A stretch of DNA of 63,841 nt, filler included, from Conidiobolus incongruus B7586 (taxonomy: Eukaryota): NCBI GenBank assembly GCA_000697335.1. It is 6 parts of 6 records of this genome, joined end to end, with 100 filler letters (N's around TTAATTAATTAA, not from the genome) between each part and the next. Parts side by side here need not be neighbours in the genome. Positions count along the whole stretch, not along the records: positions 1 to 30,433 come from JNEM01006086.1; 5 more parts are not named here. One strand, given 5' to 3'. The notes beneath the pieces are model-generated. The model searched no databases. It worked only from the letters and a program-made list of their open reading frames with translations, and was not told the origin of the DNA. The position numbers were made by a program, and so were the translations under genes. Shown here piece after piece: positions 1 through 12,525 of the stretch. Position 1 is the stretch's first letter. Each line of letters opens with the position of its first letter.

Positions 1-1507
1 TAGCTTGACCTTTGACAAGAGTCTTTTGCTCCTTATTAGCAGCAAGCTCAGTGAGGAGAAGTTCAACACCGCGGTTATAGTCACGATGAGTATCTTCAAT
101 TGTGTCTTGAATGATATCGGGCAATCCAAGTTCAGCAGCACGCTTGCGTTCGCTGACCATGTAAGCACCACGGACCAACTTGGCACCAAAAGAGAAGCCA
201 TAACGTTTGGCTCTGATCAAATCATTACGCAACTTATCGTAAGATTCCTTCAAGTACATTTGGTAAGTATTGAAGAGAATTGGTGTTTCAGTAGTGTTGT
301 ACTTCATGCTCAGTTCTGTAGCAACAAGATCAATGGTAGATTGGAAATAGGATTGTTCAGCATCAACCATGAGTCTGACATTCTTGGATTGAGCAGCATC
401 ACAAATATCGTTCAAACGCTTGACCAATTTGCCCATATCTTCACTTTCTTGTTTGGAGAAGAAGTTGACATCCCAGTGAATATCATCGGATTTAGTATGG
501 GCTTCAACATGAGCATTGGGTCCAATGAACAAAGCAGAGCTGTCTTCAGATAACATGGACAAAGAGCGTTGATAATCAATCCAGTCAATGGAATTCTTAT
601 TGTTGGGGTCAGCCTTGAGAGTAACCTTCTTGATCAATTCGGGAGTAGCGCCTGGCAGTTTGGAAACAATTTGTTCAAATTGCTTACGGGTCAAGTGACC
701 AGTTTGCTTGATATCAGCGAGTAAGAATGAGTTACGAAGGAAATGTTGGATAGCATTAGCTTTTTCCAATAAGGATGGAGAGGCCAAACCAGTGACCTTG
801 ATAGCAATGAAACTGCCAGGAAGGTTAGAAGCAGTTACGACAGCTTGGCAGTATTGGTCAGCGACTGAGTCGGAATGCTTGTTAGCTAATTCACTAAGCT
901 GTTCAGGAGTCATATTGGAAGTGGATGTATTCAAATCGGCTTCAATAGAGAAATCTAAAATAGATCCAATGCCAGATTTTTTAAGTTCTTGCATAAAGGG
1001 GACAACTTCTTCACGAGTTTCACCACCACAGAATTGATGGAAAATAGTTTTTTTAATTAACCAGTAAGCAGGAGCTGAAATATGCAAAGTCTCTAAAATG
1101 GACAAAATAGTAGGAGAAGCTTCCATTAAAGTTGGGAAAGAACACATTTTATAAACTAATAAAGAGAGTAATAGATCAGGAAGTGATTTGTGTTCGAAAG
1201 CAACTCGGGGATCAGTTGATGCAAGAGGTGAGTTGGAGTTGGAATTGAGATTGTGAACAGGATTGGCAGCAGTGCTGAGAGTGTAGATAGAATAACCTAA
1301 ACCAGCAAGAGTGACAGCAGCAACGCCACGAGATAAGGTGAAGGTCTTAGCTGGGTGGGAGGTGGTTGAAGAGAAGCGGTGAGGCGTAAAGGAACCTACC
1401 TTATTTTGATAGTTATGAAGTGCATTGAAGGTTGATGGTTGTCTAACAAAAATTTTGGAAGATAAAGAATGACGAACGGTTGAATGGACTGGGAAACGTA
1501 AAACCAT
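1..1507 (-). CDS. PUT1: Mitochondrial proline dehydrogenase (Put1/PRODH), 3' end runs off the window
   Basis: Hand translation of the minus strand from ATG 1507 is open to the window edge: MVLRFPVHSTVR... presequence, then IFHQFCGGE, VRLMVDAEQSYFQ, LFNTYQMYLK, FGAKLVRGAYMVSER motifs. Absent from the ORF track because there is no stop in the window. Confidence 0.95.
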   Translation of the reverse strand, partial: MVLRFPVHSTVRHSLSSKIFVRQPSTFNALHNYQNKVGSFTPHRFSSTTSHPAKTFTLSRGVAAVTLAGLGYSIYTLSTAANPVHNLNSNSNSPLASTDPRVAFEHKSLPDLLLSLLVYKMCSFPTLMEASPTILSILETLHISAPAYWLIKKTIFHQFCGGETREEVVPFMQELKKSGIGSILDFSIEADLNTSTSNMTPEQLSELANKHSDSVADQYCQAVVTASNLPGSFIAIKVTGLASPSLLEKANAIQHFLRNSFLLADIKQTGHLTRKQFEQIVSKLPGATPELIKKVTLKADPNNKNSIDWIDYQRSLSMLSEDSSALFIGPNAHVEAHTKSDDIHWDVNFFSKQESEDMGKLVKRLNDICDAAQSKNVRLMVDAEQSYFQSTIDLVATELSMKYNTTETPILFNTYQMYLKESYDKLRNDLIRAKRYGFSFGAKLVRGAYMVSERKRAAELGLPDIIQDTIEDTHRDYNRGVELLLTELAANKEQKTLVKGQA

Positions 1508-4500
1508 TTAATTAGTTATAACTTTTCAATTGATCTTAAAAGTTGGGAATACAAATAGGACAAATGAGTTATTTATATAGTTTCACTTGGTAAAGTTTGT
1601 GATTTAAAAATAAGGGAAATAATTATGAGTTTAAGAATGAATAAAATCAGTTTGTCTAACTTGATATTTGCTATATAAATGGCGTGAATATTGATTTAGT
1701 AAGTTGATTTCTAGAAGAGATGGGGAAACGATTCTGAGAATATGATTGGTCGATTCAGTCGTAATATGAGAACGGGAAATTCAGGAGATAACGTTACTTT
1801 TTCTCAAAAATTTTGAGAATTTGAATAGTAATACAGTACATTATCAAATACTGTGGGATAATTCTCATTCAAAATCTCATTTAAAGCCCAGTTAACAATG
1901 ACATTATACGATATCTTGTTCAACGTTGCAGTATCATTAGTTAATATAAGCCTTAATACCAATGATACCACTCAAGTCCATTTAAACCATAAATTTTTGT
2001 TCAGCCTTGCTTAGTGAAACTTCTAGATATCATATTAATGTGTATTTAATAGAAGCTGATTGAATATGAATGGATCAAGAAGATTCACAGATATTTCAGA
2101 TCTCACAATGATTCACCCATATTACTAGCGATTACCATGGATTCTTGACCTTTTAATTTAAGGAAATTATCCTTACATTGGACAACTTGGAGGTAGAATT
2201 ATTTTACCTTAGATAATACATCATGATTTACTATAATCGTTTTATTTATATTTCAATATAAATATATTAGAATAATTCAACATCATATTACGTGACTATA
2301 TTTCTCTAATGCTTTAAATACTTCGATACAGCGCTTGTATTAGAAATCAAAAAAAATAGCATTAGAAATGTTTAACAATAGAAAAAGAAATTAATTTTTG
2401 TATACCTTATTAAGTATAATTAAAATTATGGCTATGTTTAAAAAGTTAAAAATGAAATAAAAAGTTTAGTAATATGCAAAATTATTTTGCATACTTTATA
2501 GTGGTTAAATGAAAACCGTAATAAGTGAATCAAATGAAAGATTAAAGTTTCAACAAATTAATAGTAATACAATATGTTGAGAATATTGTAAATATACCCA
2601 TTGTTTGCAATTTTTCCAGGCCAATTAATAAATATCTCAAATTTTGAATTATGTTAAAGTTGATTTGTCGTCTAATGAACAGAAACAAAACCTAATTAGT
2701 CAAAAATAACTAAAATACTGCAAGTTGAAGGTGAGCACACAGTAACAGAATTTAAAGATCAAAAAGTGGTATAATTAAAAGGTTCAGTAAACAAGATAAT
2801 CAAGTTATTCATTAAGTTAAATTTGGTAATATTTTTCATTAATGTTTGTAATTATTAATATCATAATTTTATTGGATATTGACAGGTTTTTTATTCAATT
2901 CAAATTCCTATGATGATGAGGTTAAACAGAAAATTTTTTGGAAATAATAGTGACAAATTTCTTGATAGAATTCTATTATGATTGGTGAAGAAAATTTGGA
3001 ATATAAATGACATAATATTTAATTATCGATATTGTTTGGTTTTGATTGGCTATTTTTTAAAAAGGAATAAAATTTTCTTTGTTGGCTATATTATTTACTG
3101 TAAATTGTTGAAAAATTCAATTGCAGTAAAATCAAAGTTCATTTTATATAATGTCACTAATTCTAATATAATAACATTAATAATGAATATTAAACATTGC
3201 TTATTCTAAAGATTTTAATATTCAAATGATTTAATATAATTAATAATTAAAATTTTCACCGAAGTATTGAGAATATTAAAGATTACAAATTATTGAAAAA
3301 TCAATCTAATGTTCCAATTAGTTTTGACTTGATTATTTAATTATACAAGGTAATAAAATCGACGTAATTTTAATTAATTTTATGTATATTAAATTATGCA
3401 AAAGTGGGTAATCTTAGTATATAATATTCATAGAAAGGTCTTTTAAATTCTTAATCTGTCAAATATCAGTCTTATGTCTGTGCAATACTCGGATATCAAA
3501 ATAGAATTAAATCATTGAGCAACTTTGAATAATCTTATTATATGCTCTTTGAAAAAGATATTATTATTGTATTATAATATCAAATTAATTTGATATCAAA
3601 GTATTTGAGTAGCATAAAAGTCTGGTATTTTAGTTGATTGATAGTACCAAATAATATAACTAATATACATGATAAGTATAGAAAAATATTTTAAATTAAA
3701 ATCATACAGATAAAGCATTTAAATGTATATTGTACATTTTGGTTTTCAGAAAGAGATATGAATCCTCTTCACTAATATGTACAAAATGAAGTCATCATTC
3801 TATTAATATATGTAATTGGTTTCAAAAATTTTTGCAATTACCGCAAAATTACTCGATAATTAATAATTTCAAAATTTAATTAATAGTTCGATCGCATTAT
3901 TAGGATAATTAAAACTAAATAAATTTAACAAATATATGAAATATTACTTAGATATAATATTTTTGATTCTTTAAACACGTTTAATATTTAATCAACTAAT
4001 TTTTATACATTCTTTTTTGAAACAGTTTTAAATTCTTTTTTTTCTAATTAAGAATTATGAACCAAATAAAGATCAGAATTTGGATAAAAAATGTACTATA
4101 GCACTGCTTCAAATATTATAATCGTGTATCCTATCAATTTCTATTAATAAGTCAATCAATTTATAATACATTCCTAATTTCCAATAATGTTCTATATTTA
4201 GTCTATTAATTTTAAGAGATGAAATATATAAAACTGGCAAATTTCACTATAATATTATCCAAATACCTCATGCCAGATAAAATTTTTTTAAAATGGATGA
4301 TTTTAAATAACTCATAAAAGTTCCAAATTTTTTCACAAAGATTGAGGATGGGTGATTGCGTTGGATTTGATGTTGATTTGATCCGAACCGAGACCCATCC
4401 AAGGATAATTACTTATTTCTCCAAATATTTTTTCAATTTTATTATTGTTATTTTTATCACCCGTTACCAATATTCCGATAAGGATATTGAGTGTGAAAAT

Positions 4501-7023
4501 TGAATTAAAGTGTGTGTTGAAAATTGCAAAATATCCTTGATTGTTAAGCTGGAAATGAATAATAATTAATATATATGATATAAATCAATATTTATAAAAT
4601 AATTGCAATACAAAATATATGATTCATTTTCGCATTTTTCATATTCATTAATTGAAAATTACTTATTGTCATATCAAGCTTGTGTTAGCTATAATCTAAT
4701 ATAGAATAAATTGGGATAATACTTAACGTTATTTCAAAGTTGGAGTATAAATTTTAATATTAATAATTTAAAATTATGCTTTAAATTTGGAAAAAATCAT
4801 ATATACATTTTCGTAGTCTAATTTACCTTTCCAAGCATTCAATTCTTAGAAGATTTTAACTTCATTTTATATTTAAATTTGATTAATAATATATATTATA
4901 TTTGTTTATTGAATTTGGAATTTTTGATATTGAGATCAATAATCATTTCAAGATAAGTTATATTTTAATTTATAAGTTATGAACTAGTTTCCATAAGTAT
5001 ATAAATATTTGCTATAAAGTTGATTATTTTTGAATATTAAAAATGCAAAAGTTAGAGTAAAAATAATTTCTCAGCAATAATTAATATCTTCCTCCTTTTT
5101 CAATAACCCAATTCCATACTATTAGTAGTCATTTAACCTCTTTATATATTTTTTGTACAAATCATCTTCAAAATTACACTTCTAATTTGAAAATGCAAAG
5201 TTAAAATAATATCAAATTACTGTCCTCATATCAAATTCCTTAACTTACCAAAACAATTATGATGTGAAGGTTTCATATTTGGTGAGCATGGAGGATAGAG
5301 CAATAAAGTCTAGTTTCTTTCAATCAACAAAGTTCGAATAATTATAATTGTATATATTGTTATTATCATATATCAAATTGATTTTTTAAATGAATATTTC
5401 TTACCCTAATTATAACATTGATTTTTAAATAATTTTTACTTTGGTATTTATACTAATAGTTTGGATCTTTAACGCAGGTATTTTTTTATTTTTATCTTAA
5501 TAAATCATATATTAGGATTTATAATTCATTTATTGTATTGGTTTTGTTAGACATAGTATAATAAGCATTAGAATAATATGAATTTATATTGGCTATGTTT
5601 TTTCTCTTATTTATTTGATCTTTAATTAAAACATAAGGTAATTACACTTTTGAATTTTTTTACTTGATTTCAAAATGTCTTTAAATAGAGTTGCAACAGA
5701 GATGACATTAAACTATAGAGTATGTATTAGCCTTTTTGCTTAGGTAGATAGATGATATTTAAAAAATTTCTTAACTTTAATTGAATTTATTTTGTTATAA
5801 ATATCAGATAACTTGAACAAGAGAAGTATTTTATATAAGATCTTCTAGCTTTGAATTAACTAGAATATTTCAATAATATATTTTGAAATCTTTTTGCCAC
5901 CAGATGTATATATGAATTTTTATTAGTAGTTGATATAGAATGTTTTTTATGGTATGATATCTTGACAAATGCTTTATATTCAATTCTTGTAAAATTTAAA
6001 ATTGCAGGATTCAATTTTTTTTAGTTTATTAAAATTTCTATCGAAAGTTATATATATGCAAATTATGATGTATTATCAAATCATTCATTACTGTTTAAAA
6101 TAATACTAAAATAACAGTACAATAATTATGATTCCTAAAATAGCGATTAATTATAACAAGAAATTTATTTTTTGAACCACTGGTTATTTTAATTCAATTG
6201 ATTTATGTGTTAACCTATATTAATATTTTAATCGAAGTTGATATTAATCAAAAAATTTATATGATTAAAGTATTTTAATAAACAAATATTTTTATTTAAT
6301 TTAAATCTTTGTTAATCCTGATTCGAGGTTTAAATAAAAATTAACTCAATTAACAAATTATATAGTGTATTATATTTTAATTTCGTAGTGAATAACTCAA
6401 TTCAAGAATAAATTATATTTTAATTGAATAATTTTAACGATTTTGATATTTATTTCAGAGTTTGCTATAAAATGATGATTGGTTTGAAATATGTTGATAA
6501 ATTTGATTATAATGTATAATAATTATATCAATTTTAATAAATCAATCAGTTACAATAAAACAATATTACGATAAAATTTTTAACATATATTTTAACTAAA
6601 CAATTAGCTCTTTAAAATCATAAAATTTCATAAATTTTTATTAACTCAAACCACCTAAAATCAGCGTTGTCAATTGTGTTGATTAGGAATTATAATGGAT
6701 ATTCTAGAATAATAGTTATATCAATTTATTTCTATGTTGATATGATTTAAAGAGTATATTATGAAATGAAATACATTAACTCGTACCCTTAGATATTAAA
6801 AGAGAGTATGCGATATTTAGAAATAATACCTATTAGATCCAGCTAGAGTAGTCAAATAAAACAATTGGAATACTGCGCTGATATTATTATCCTACAAGTG
6901 TGAGAGTGCTTAGGTGGTAAATGAATAATTAGTAATATAATGAACATATCTGATTCCCAATAAGATATTAAATTTCCAATTGTAGAATGACATCGTCCTT
7001 TAATTAATATTGTTTGTAAAGAG

Positions 7024-8292
7024 TTAGGCAATGATATTACGGGATTTACCGATTTCAATGAAAGCATCTACGGCCTTCTTAATTTGATCGTCAGTAATGG
7101 CGGCGGATAATTGAACTCTGATTCTAGCAAGATCCTTGGGGACGACGGGGTAGGAGAATCCAATGACGTAGATACCCTTCTTAGCCATATCAGCAGCGAA
7201 TTCAGCAGCCAAGCGAGCATCTCCCAACATGATGGGGGCGATGGGGTGATCATCTCCCTTGACATTGAATCCAGCAGCCTTCAAAGAGTCTCTAAAGTAG
7301 CGAGTATTTTTCCATAATTGTTCTCTGAGTTGGGGTTCAGTATCAACCAATTCTAAAGCAGCAGAAGCGGCACCAACAACTGGAGGAGGTAAGCTGTTGG
7401 AGAAGAGGTAGGGACGACTTCTTTGCCTGAGTAAAGCAATGATATCCTTGTGACCAGTAGTGTAACCTCCAGAAGCACCACCCAAAGCCTTACCTAAGGT
7501 GGAGTTGACCAAGTGGACACGGTCTTGAACGCCAAAGAGTTCAGGAGTACCTCTACCAGTTTTACCCAAGAAACCGGTGGCGTGACAGTCATCGACGAAG
7601 ACAATAGCGTTATATTTTTCTGCGAGATCACAGATTTGATCAAGAGGAGCGATACGACCGTCCATGGAGAAGACGCCATCAGTGGCGATCATCTTGAGTC
7701 TGGCGCCATTTTCATCAGCCAACTTGAGTTGACGTTCTAAGTCTTCCATATTGGCATTTTGGTAGCGGTAACGCTTAGCTTTACACAATCTAATACCGTC
7801 AATAATGGAAGCATGGTTCAAAGCATCAGAAATGATGGCATCTTGATCCTTTAATAAAACTTCAAAGATACCAGCGTTGGCATCGAAACAAGAGGCATAT
7901 AAAATAGTATCTTCAGTACCATAGAATTTGGAGATTTGATTTTCAAGTTGATTGTGTATATTTTGAGTACCACAGATGAATCGAACAGAGGACAGACCGG
8001 CACCGTGGGATTCTAAATATTCCTTGGCTCTTTGGATAACTTTAGGATGGCTAGACAAACCTAAGTAGTTGTTGGCACACAAGTTGATTTCTTGAGTGAT
8101 AACACCGTCATGTTCAACTTGGATATCACTTCCCTGACGAGAAATAATAGCTCTTTCAACCTTGTAAGTTCCTTCGTTTCTAATAGTCTTTAATTCATTG
8201 GCAACAACTTCATGTAAAGAAGCGTTATGTGATAAACGAATCTGTTGAAGATTAAACCTTTTTATAGTTGTTTTAGCAATGTTAGTAAGCAT
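7024..8292 (-). CDS. GCAT: 2-amino-3-ketobutyrate CoA ligase (glycine C-acetyltransferase), mitochondrial, intronless
   Basis: NLCANNYLGLS, GLSSVRFICGTQ, SCFDANAGIFE, DGVFSMDG, STLGKALGGASGG (PLP lysine), LRQRSRPYLFSN, GFSYPVVPKDLARIRVQ. First ATG is at 8292 and begins an Arg/Lys-rich presequence. Confidence 0.95.
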   Translation of the reverse strand: MLTNIAKTTIKRFNLQQIRLSHNASLHEVVANELKTIRNEGTYKVERAIISRQGSDIQVEHDGVITQEINLCANNYLGLSSHPKVIQRAKEYLESHGAGLSSVRFICGTQNIHNQLENQISKFYGTEDTILYASCFDANAGIFEVLLKDQDAIISDALNHASIIDGIRLCKAKRYRYQNANMEDLERQLKLADENGARLKMIATDGVFSMDGRIAPLDQICDLAEKYNAIVFVDDCHATGFLGKTGRGTPELFGVQDRVHLVNSTLGKALGGASGGYTTGHKDIIALLRQRSRPYLFSNSLPPPVVGAASAALELVDTEPQLREQLWKNTRYFRDSLKAAGFNVKGDDHPIAPIMLGDARLAAEFAADMAKKGIYVIGFSYPVVPKDLARIRVQLSAAITDDQIKKAVDAFIEIGKSRNIIA

Positions 8293-8676
8293 TTTGTTCA
8301 AACTAGATTAGCGATCAAGTGACGCCACTTCAAATTTCGACCATACTTAATATTATAATTAATCACTTGATTTGTGGGATCTTTAGAATTCCTGATTGAC
8401 ACTAACAATCTTAGTTGATGAAAGTGCGAATTCTATAAAAATTAAGTCGATTAAACAGGATTTAACTTAATATGTTATGTTCGCTTTTTCATTTACCAAA
8501 AAAAATTCTTATTTTTCTGCTTTATTAATTTCCATGTCATTTTAAATATTTTGTGATAATTAATCTTAAAAAAAAAGATTATGAAATATGATAGCATGTA
8601 CTATATTTAAAATTACAAAATCAAATAATTTTGGAATATGTATGCAAATACTTGATATATTGTAAATAAATGTTTT

Positions 8677-9502
8677 TTAAAGAAACATTAGCACTAGGTG
8701 ATGATAATTCAGTTCAAATATAATTTCAGGTGCAGGAGGCTCAAGTGTTGTATTTAGAATAATTATCTAATACCTGTGAATCGGTCCACTATATGAATTA
8801 CTAAAAATTATAGATTACACCTCATTTGCTGGAGGGCTCTAAATTTTCTCATATATTAGTTTTATAAGGGATATATACAACTTAAATATCTAATAAAATT
8901 ATATATACACCTCAAACGCTGCTGGGCTAGGGCTCATCTCGATTATTACACAACTCACTCACTACCAATAAAGATCATTATTACTTCCGTTAGAGTCAAT
9001 AGTAACCAGATCTGCTAATATTAATTAATTACTAACCCATCATTTGTGGTAAATAATAATAAAACTGTTTTCTATATATCCCAGTAAAAGTATAATAAAA
9101 AATGGAAAATAATATAAAAATGTAATCGATAATATTGTATTTGAAAATTGAAAAAATATGGTACAAAATGTTATTTTGAAATCGAATGGAAGGATATATA
9201 TATGATATTAGAATAAATAAAGGGTAATAAAGATTATGATTAGAATAATGAAAATAAAAGTATAAAATTAAAATCTTAACATTCTTGATCAGAGATATAT
9301 ATGTCGCGGTTATTAGCTCATTGAGTGTCATCAAGGATACTGACATAGCCATTGTGTAAGCCAGATTGTGAAGCATCGTGCCTACAAATTGAGGTAGGTT
9401 ATCGATGATCAATTCCCTGGCTATCCGACCATGATTACTGTTGAATGGGGCATTGAAGAGGGCGACTAAATCAGCAGCAGTGGAAGTATGAGGATTTGAC
9501 AT
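8677..9502 (-). CDS. Hypothetical multi-exon protein, structure uncertain
   Basis: GC-richer ORF MSNPHTSTAADLVALF... followed by short GC-richer blocks bounded by GT..AG that splice in frame (EMSPSPAAFE|SPPANE|IIILNTTLEPPAPE...). TATATAAA lies near 9820. No recognisable domain. Confidence 0.3.
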
Positions 9503-9908
9503 GCTAAGGAGGCAAAATCACAGAATATCAAAAGAATGGATGCAGAACAGATAATAGGATATGTCTCAAGTGAAGCTATAGGTGGCTCCTTGAATATGCT
9601 CGGAAGCAGACTTTGAGTAGGAAAATAAGGTTTATTTGTGAAGTAGAATAAAATTCGTCCTCTAAAATTGAGGGGAAAATATTGGTATGAGTAGGGCATA
9701 ACAGATTAAGAATATGGTTGTAGGAACAGAGTTGTAGGAATACACTTGATTGTAAGTAGGTGTGTAAATTGAGATATCTTGAGGTTAGGCCCTTAATCAC
9801 AATTGGATGGAATTATTTATATAGTTTAATTGAGATAATAGGTATTTGGACGTGATATTTGAATGAGAAGAGGTATCAATTAGACAACAATTGCTACAAC
9901 ATAGATAA

Positions 9909-9979
9909 GCCGTTGTAGTATAGTGGTAGTACGAAGCGTTGTGGCCGCTCAGACCGCGGTTCGATTCCGCGCAACGGCA
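9909..9979 (+). tRNA. tRNA-His(GTG)
   Basis: Acceptor stem GCCGTTG/CAACGGC+A, D-loop AGTGGTA, anticodon arm AGCG-TTGTGGC-CGCT, T arm CGCGG-TTCGATT-CCGCG, followed by a T-run Pol III terminator. Confidence 0.96.
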
Positions 9980-10484
9980 TTTTCATTTTTTAATTACATT
10001 CTATTCTGTCAAATTTTTCATATTTGTTTATTCTTTTATAATACTTTATCAATTTCTTTATATCCATTATATATAGTCTATTTTCCAAATAATTTTACTA
10101 CTTAATATCTTATTAATATATATATTTATATATTCTTCAAACATTAAGAATATTGAAGTATGTTGGGTTTTATACACTAATTTTAGTTAATATTTGAGAT
10201 TTCGAATCATCAAAATTTTAAATAATATGGGAATTTTATAAACCACATGTTTACTAAAACAATATGAATATTCTCAATAACTTATATTTTTATCAATGCT
10301 TTATTGAAACTGAGATATTATACAGTTATATCATTTACTAATTTCTGAATCTAATATTAAAATATCCTTATTGTGAATTCATTTGTTACTTCCCATAATA
10401 ATTATGTTTGAATTCAATTTATATTTAACGGATTAAACACTTAATTTCAAATTAAAGCAGCATAATTAAAATAATCAATCCTAA

Positions 10485-11518
10485 ATGAGTTTTAACAATC
10501 TCAACAAAGTAGTCCTAATCGAAGAAGTGTACACATTATGTCTAAGTTACATTATAGAACGGGATTTCTATCCTAATTTAAACCAATTACAAGATAAATT
10601 AGTACAAATCTGCCAAGAATTAAATATAGCTTACGAGGCGGAAGATAATTTGCTAGAGGTATTGAAGATCTCGGAATATGCAATTGATTTAAATTTGAAT
10701 TTGGATGCTTTTTTAAATATTTATACAAGTGAAGATAACCAAAGTTATGAAAAAATTATGGAGAAGTATGAGTTGAAGAGGAAGGACCTTATTAGAAAGT
10801 TGGAAGCTGTAAACTCTAAGCAGTTACTTATTGAGAATAAAGAGCCCAAGGATCTTTTGTTGATTAAGGATAATGAATATAAAAAGGTTGAAGCTTGGAA
10901 TTATAAAGCTAAAAATGCTCTTATGTTTTTTTCAGATTCCAAGTCGTTGAATAATAATGATCAATTGGTTAATACTAGAGCTCCTCCCAAACAAATTCTG
11001 TATAATAATACCAGGTTAGATGCTGATCAAGTAATTTCATCTCATTTATTTATTTATTTATTTATATTAATATTATTCTGTAGTCACAATTAGAAAATGT
11101 TACCTATGACGATAAAAAATTTGCTGGAGATTGTAAGCCATTTAAGTTGTTATTAAAAATATATTTTTCAATAATTTTTTATTTAGATGTTGCTCCCATT
11201 CATTCAAGCTTAGGGCCAGGTGCCATTGTAGGCGTCGATGGTAAAAATTATGACTTACTCAACTCACCAATTCAACCACCTCTCAAAAAATCCATACACA
11301 CATATTCGATCCCTGAGACACCGAAAAGAGATTTACTTGCTTATCAGCTAGCTAAGAAGTCTAAATTCAGCTCAACTTCTACCAAACCAACTACACCTCG
11401 AACGAAAGCATTGGGTGGATCTGGTGTTCCACTTTCACCAGCTGGTAAACGTTTATTAGAACAATTAGGAAGAAAGAAAAGTTCATCAACTCCCAGAACG
11501 AGATATGGCGCATCTTAA
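10485..11518 (+). CDS. ESS2: Splicing factor ESS2/DGCR14 (Es2, Bis1-like), 3 exons
   Basis: VLIEEVY..IIERDFYP, LDAFLNIYTSEDNQSY, WNYKAKNALMF, IPETPKRD, LSPAGKRLL motifs. Introns at about 11031-11083 and 11133-11186. Confidence 0.88.
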
Positions 11519-12525
11519 TAATATTTATTTATTTATTTATTAGGCCGTAACAACTGAATTTTAATTATATTAGACATCAATAATTGATTATTAACCATCA
11601 TTTTCTTAAATTTTAATACCTGTACAACATTCATTAAATTATCCAAATTCATTAAAAAATATTGGTTAATTTCCTTGATATTTATTAATAAAGATCTAAT
11701 AAATATTACTATCATGAGTCAATCGGTATAGTATATTTAACTGAATATAAACTTTATTAACTTTTGACTATGATCAGACTATTAATTTAAAATGATTGAA
11801 TGTCAATCCTTAAGCTTAAAATAATTAGAAAGCTTAATTAAAACTATTGATCTATTAAATATATTATTTGAGATATATACTCAAGATAAAAATAATTATT
11901 TATATTAATGCTATTTTTCGATTTAATTAACATGAATAAGGCAATTGTTAATCAATATTACGTAATAATGAGATATATTGTTTAATTATTTTCAAATCAA
12001 TATGATTTAGTTATAGATTCTCAAATTGTAAAATTAAAATTTCAAAATATTTTAAATTTGGTATTATAATACTAAAGATTATATAGTTAATATCATATTA
12101 GTAATATATTCTATTTTAATTACATCGATAATAAAATTTTATATAGTTTAATCAAAATCATTAATTGAAAAATTTAAGGTCATATAGTAAATGGTTATGA
12201 ATAATATTAATAAAAATCATGATAGCAAAAATAATATTTAAATCTGGCCATTAAATCCATTAAATATTGGCTGATGAATATATGAAGATAAAAGAATTCA
12301 ACCATATGAAATTTAGTAATATTGAAAACTACTGATTAAAAGCAAATATTTACTTCAATATTATTGTAGTAGATATAGTCTTTGACAGATGTTTACAATG
12401 ACTCAATTTTAATTCTCTATACACAATTAAGATCAGATTGATTAAGATACAGTATCTAAAAATTTACATAAATTAGATAGATAAATCGTATCATTAATAA
12501 ACTATCTGATCAAACACATCGATTT

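Noticed and set aside
5..1037. Plus-strand ORFs 5-553 and 708-1037, and similar antisense ORFs over GCAT, SLA2, NIK1 and sreA
   Set aside because: Shadow ORFs opposite strongly codon-biased real genes.
4346..4400. SECIS element
   Set aside because: No apical AA, wrong helix geometry, and no adjacent in-frame UGA gene.
2500..6800. Hidden multi-exon gene in the PUT1-GCAT intergenic region
   Set aside because: Only scattered exon-like fragments; I could not assemble a consistent frame or motif.
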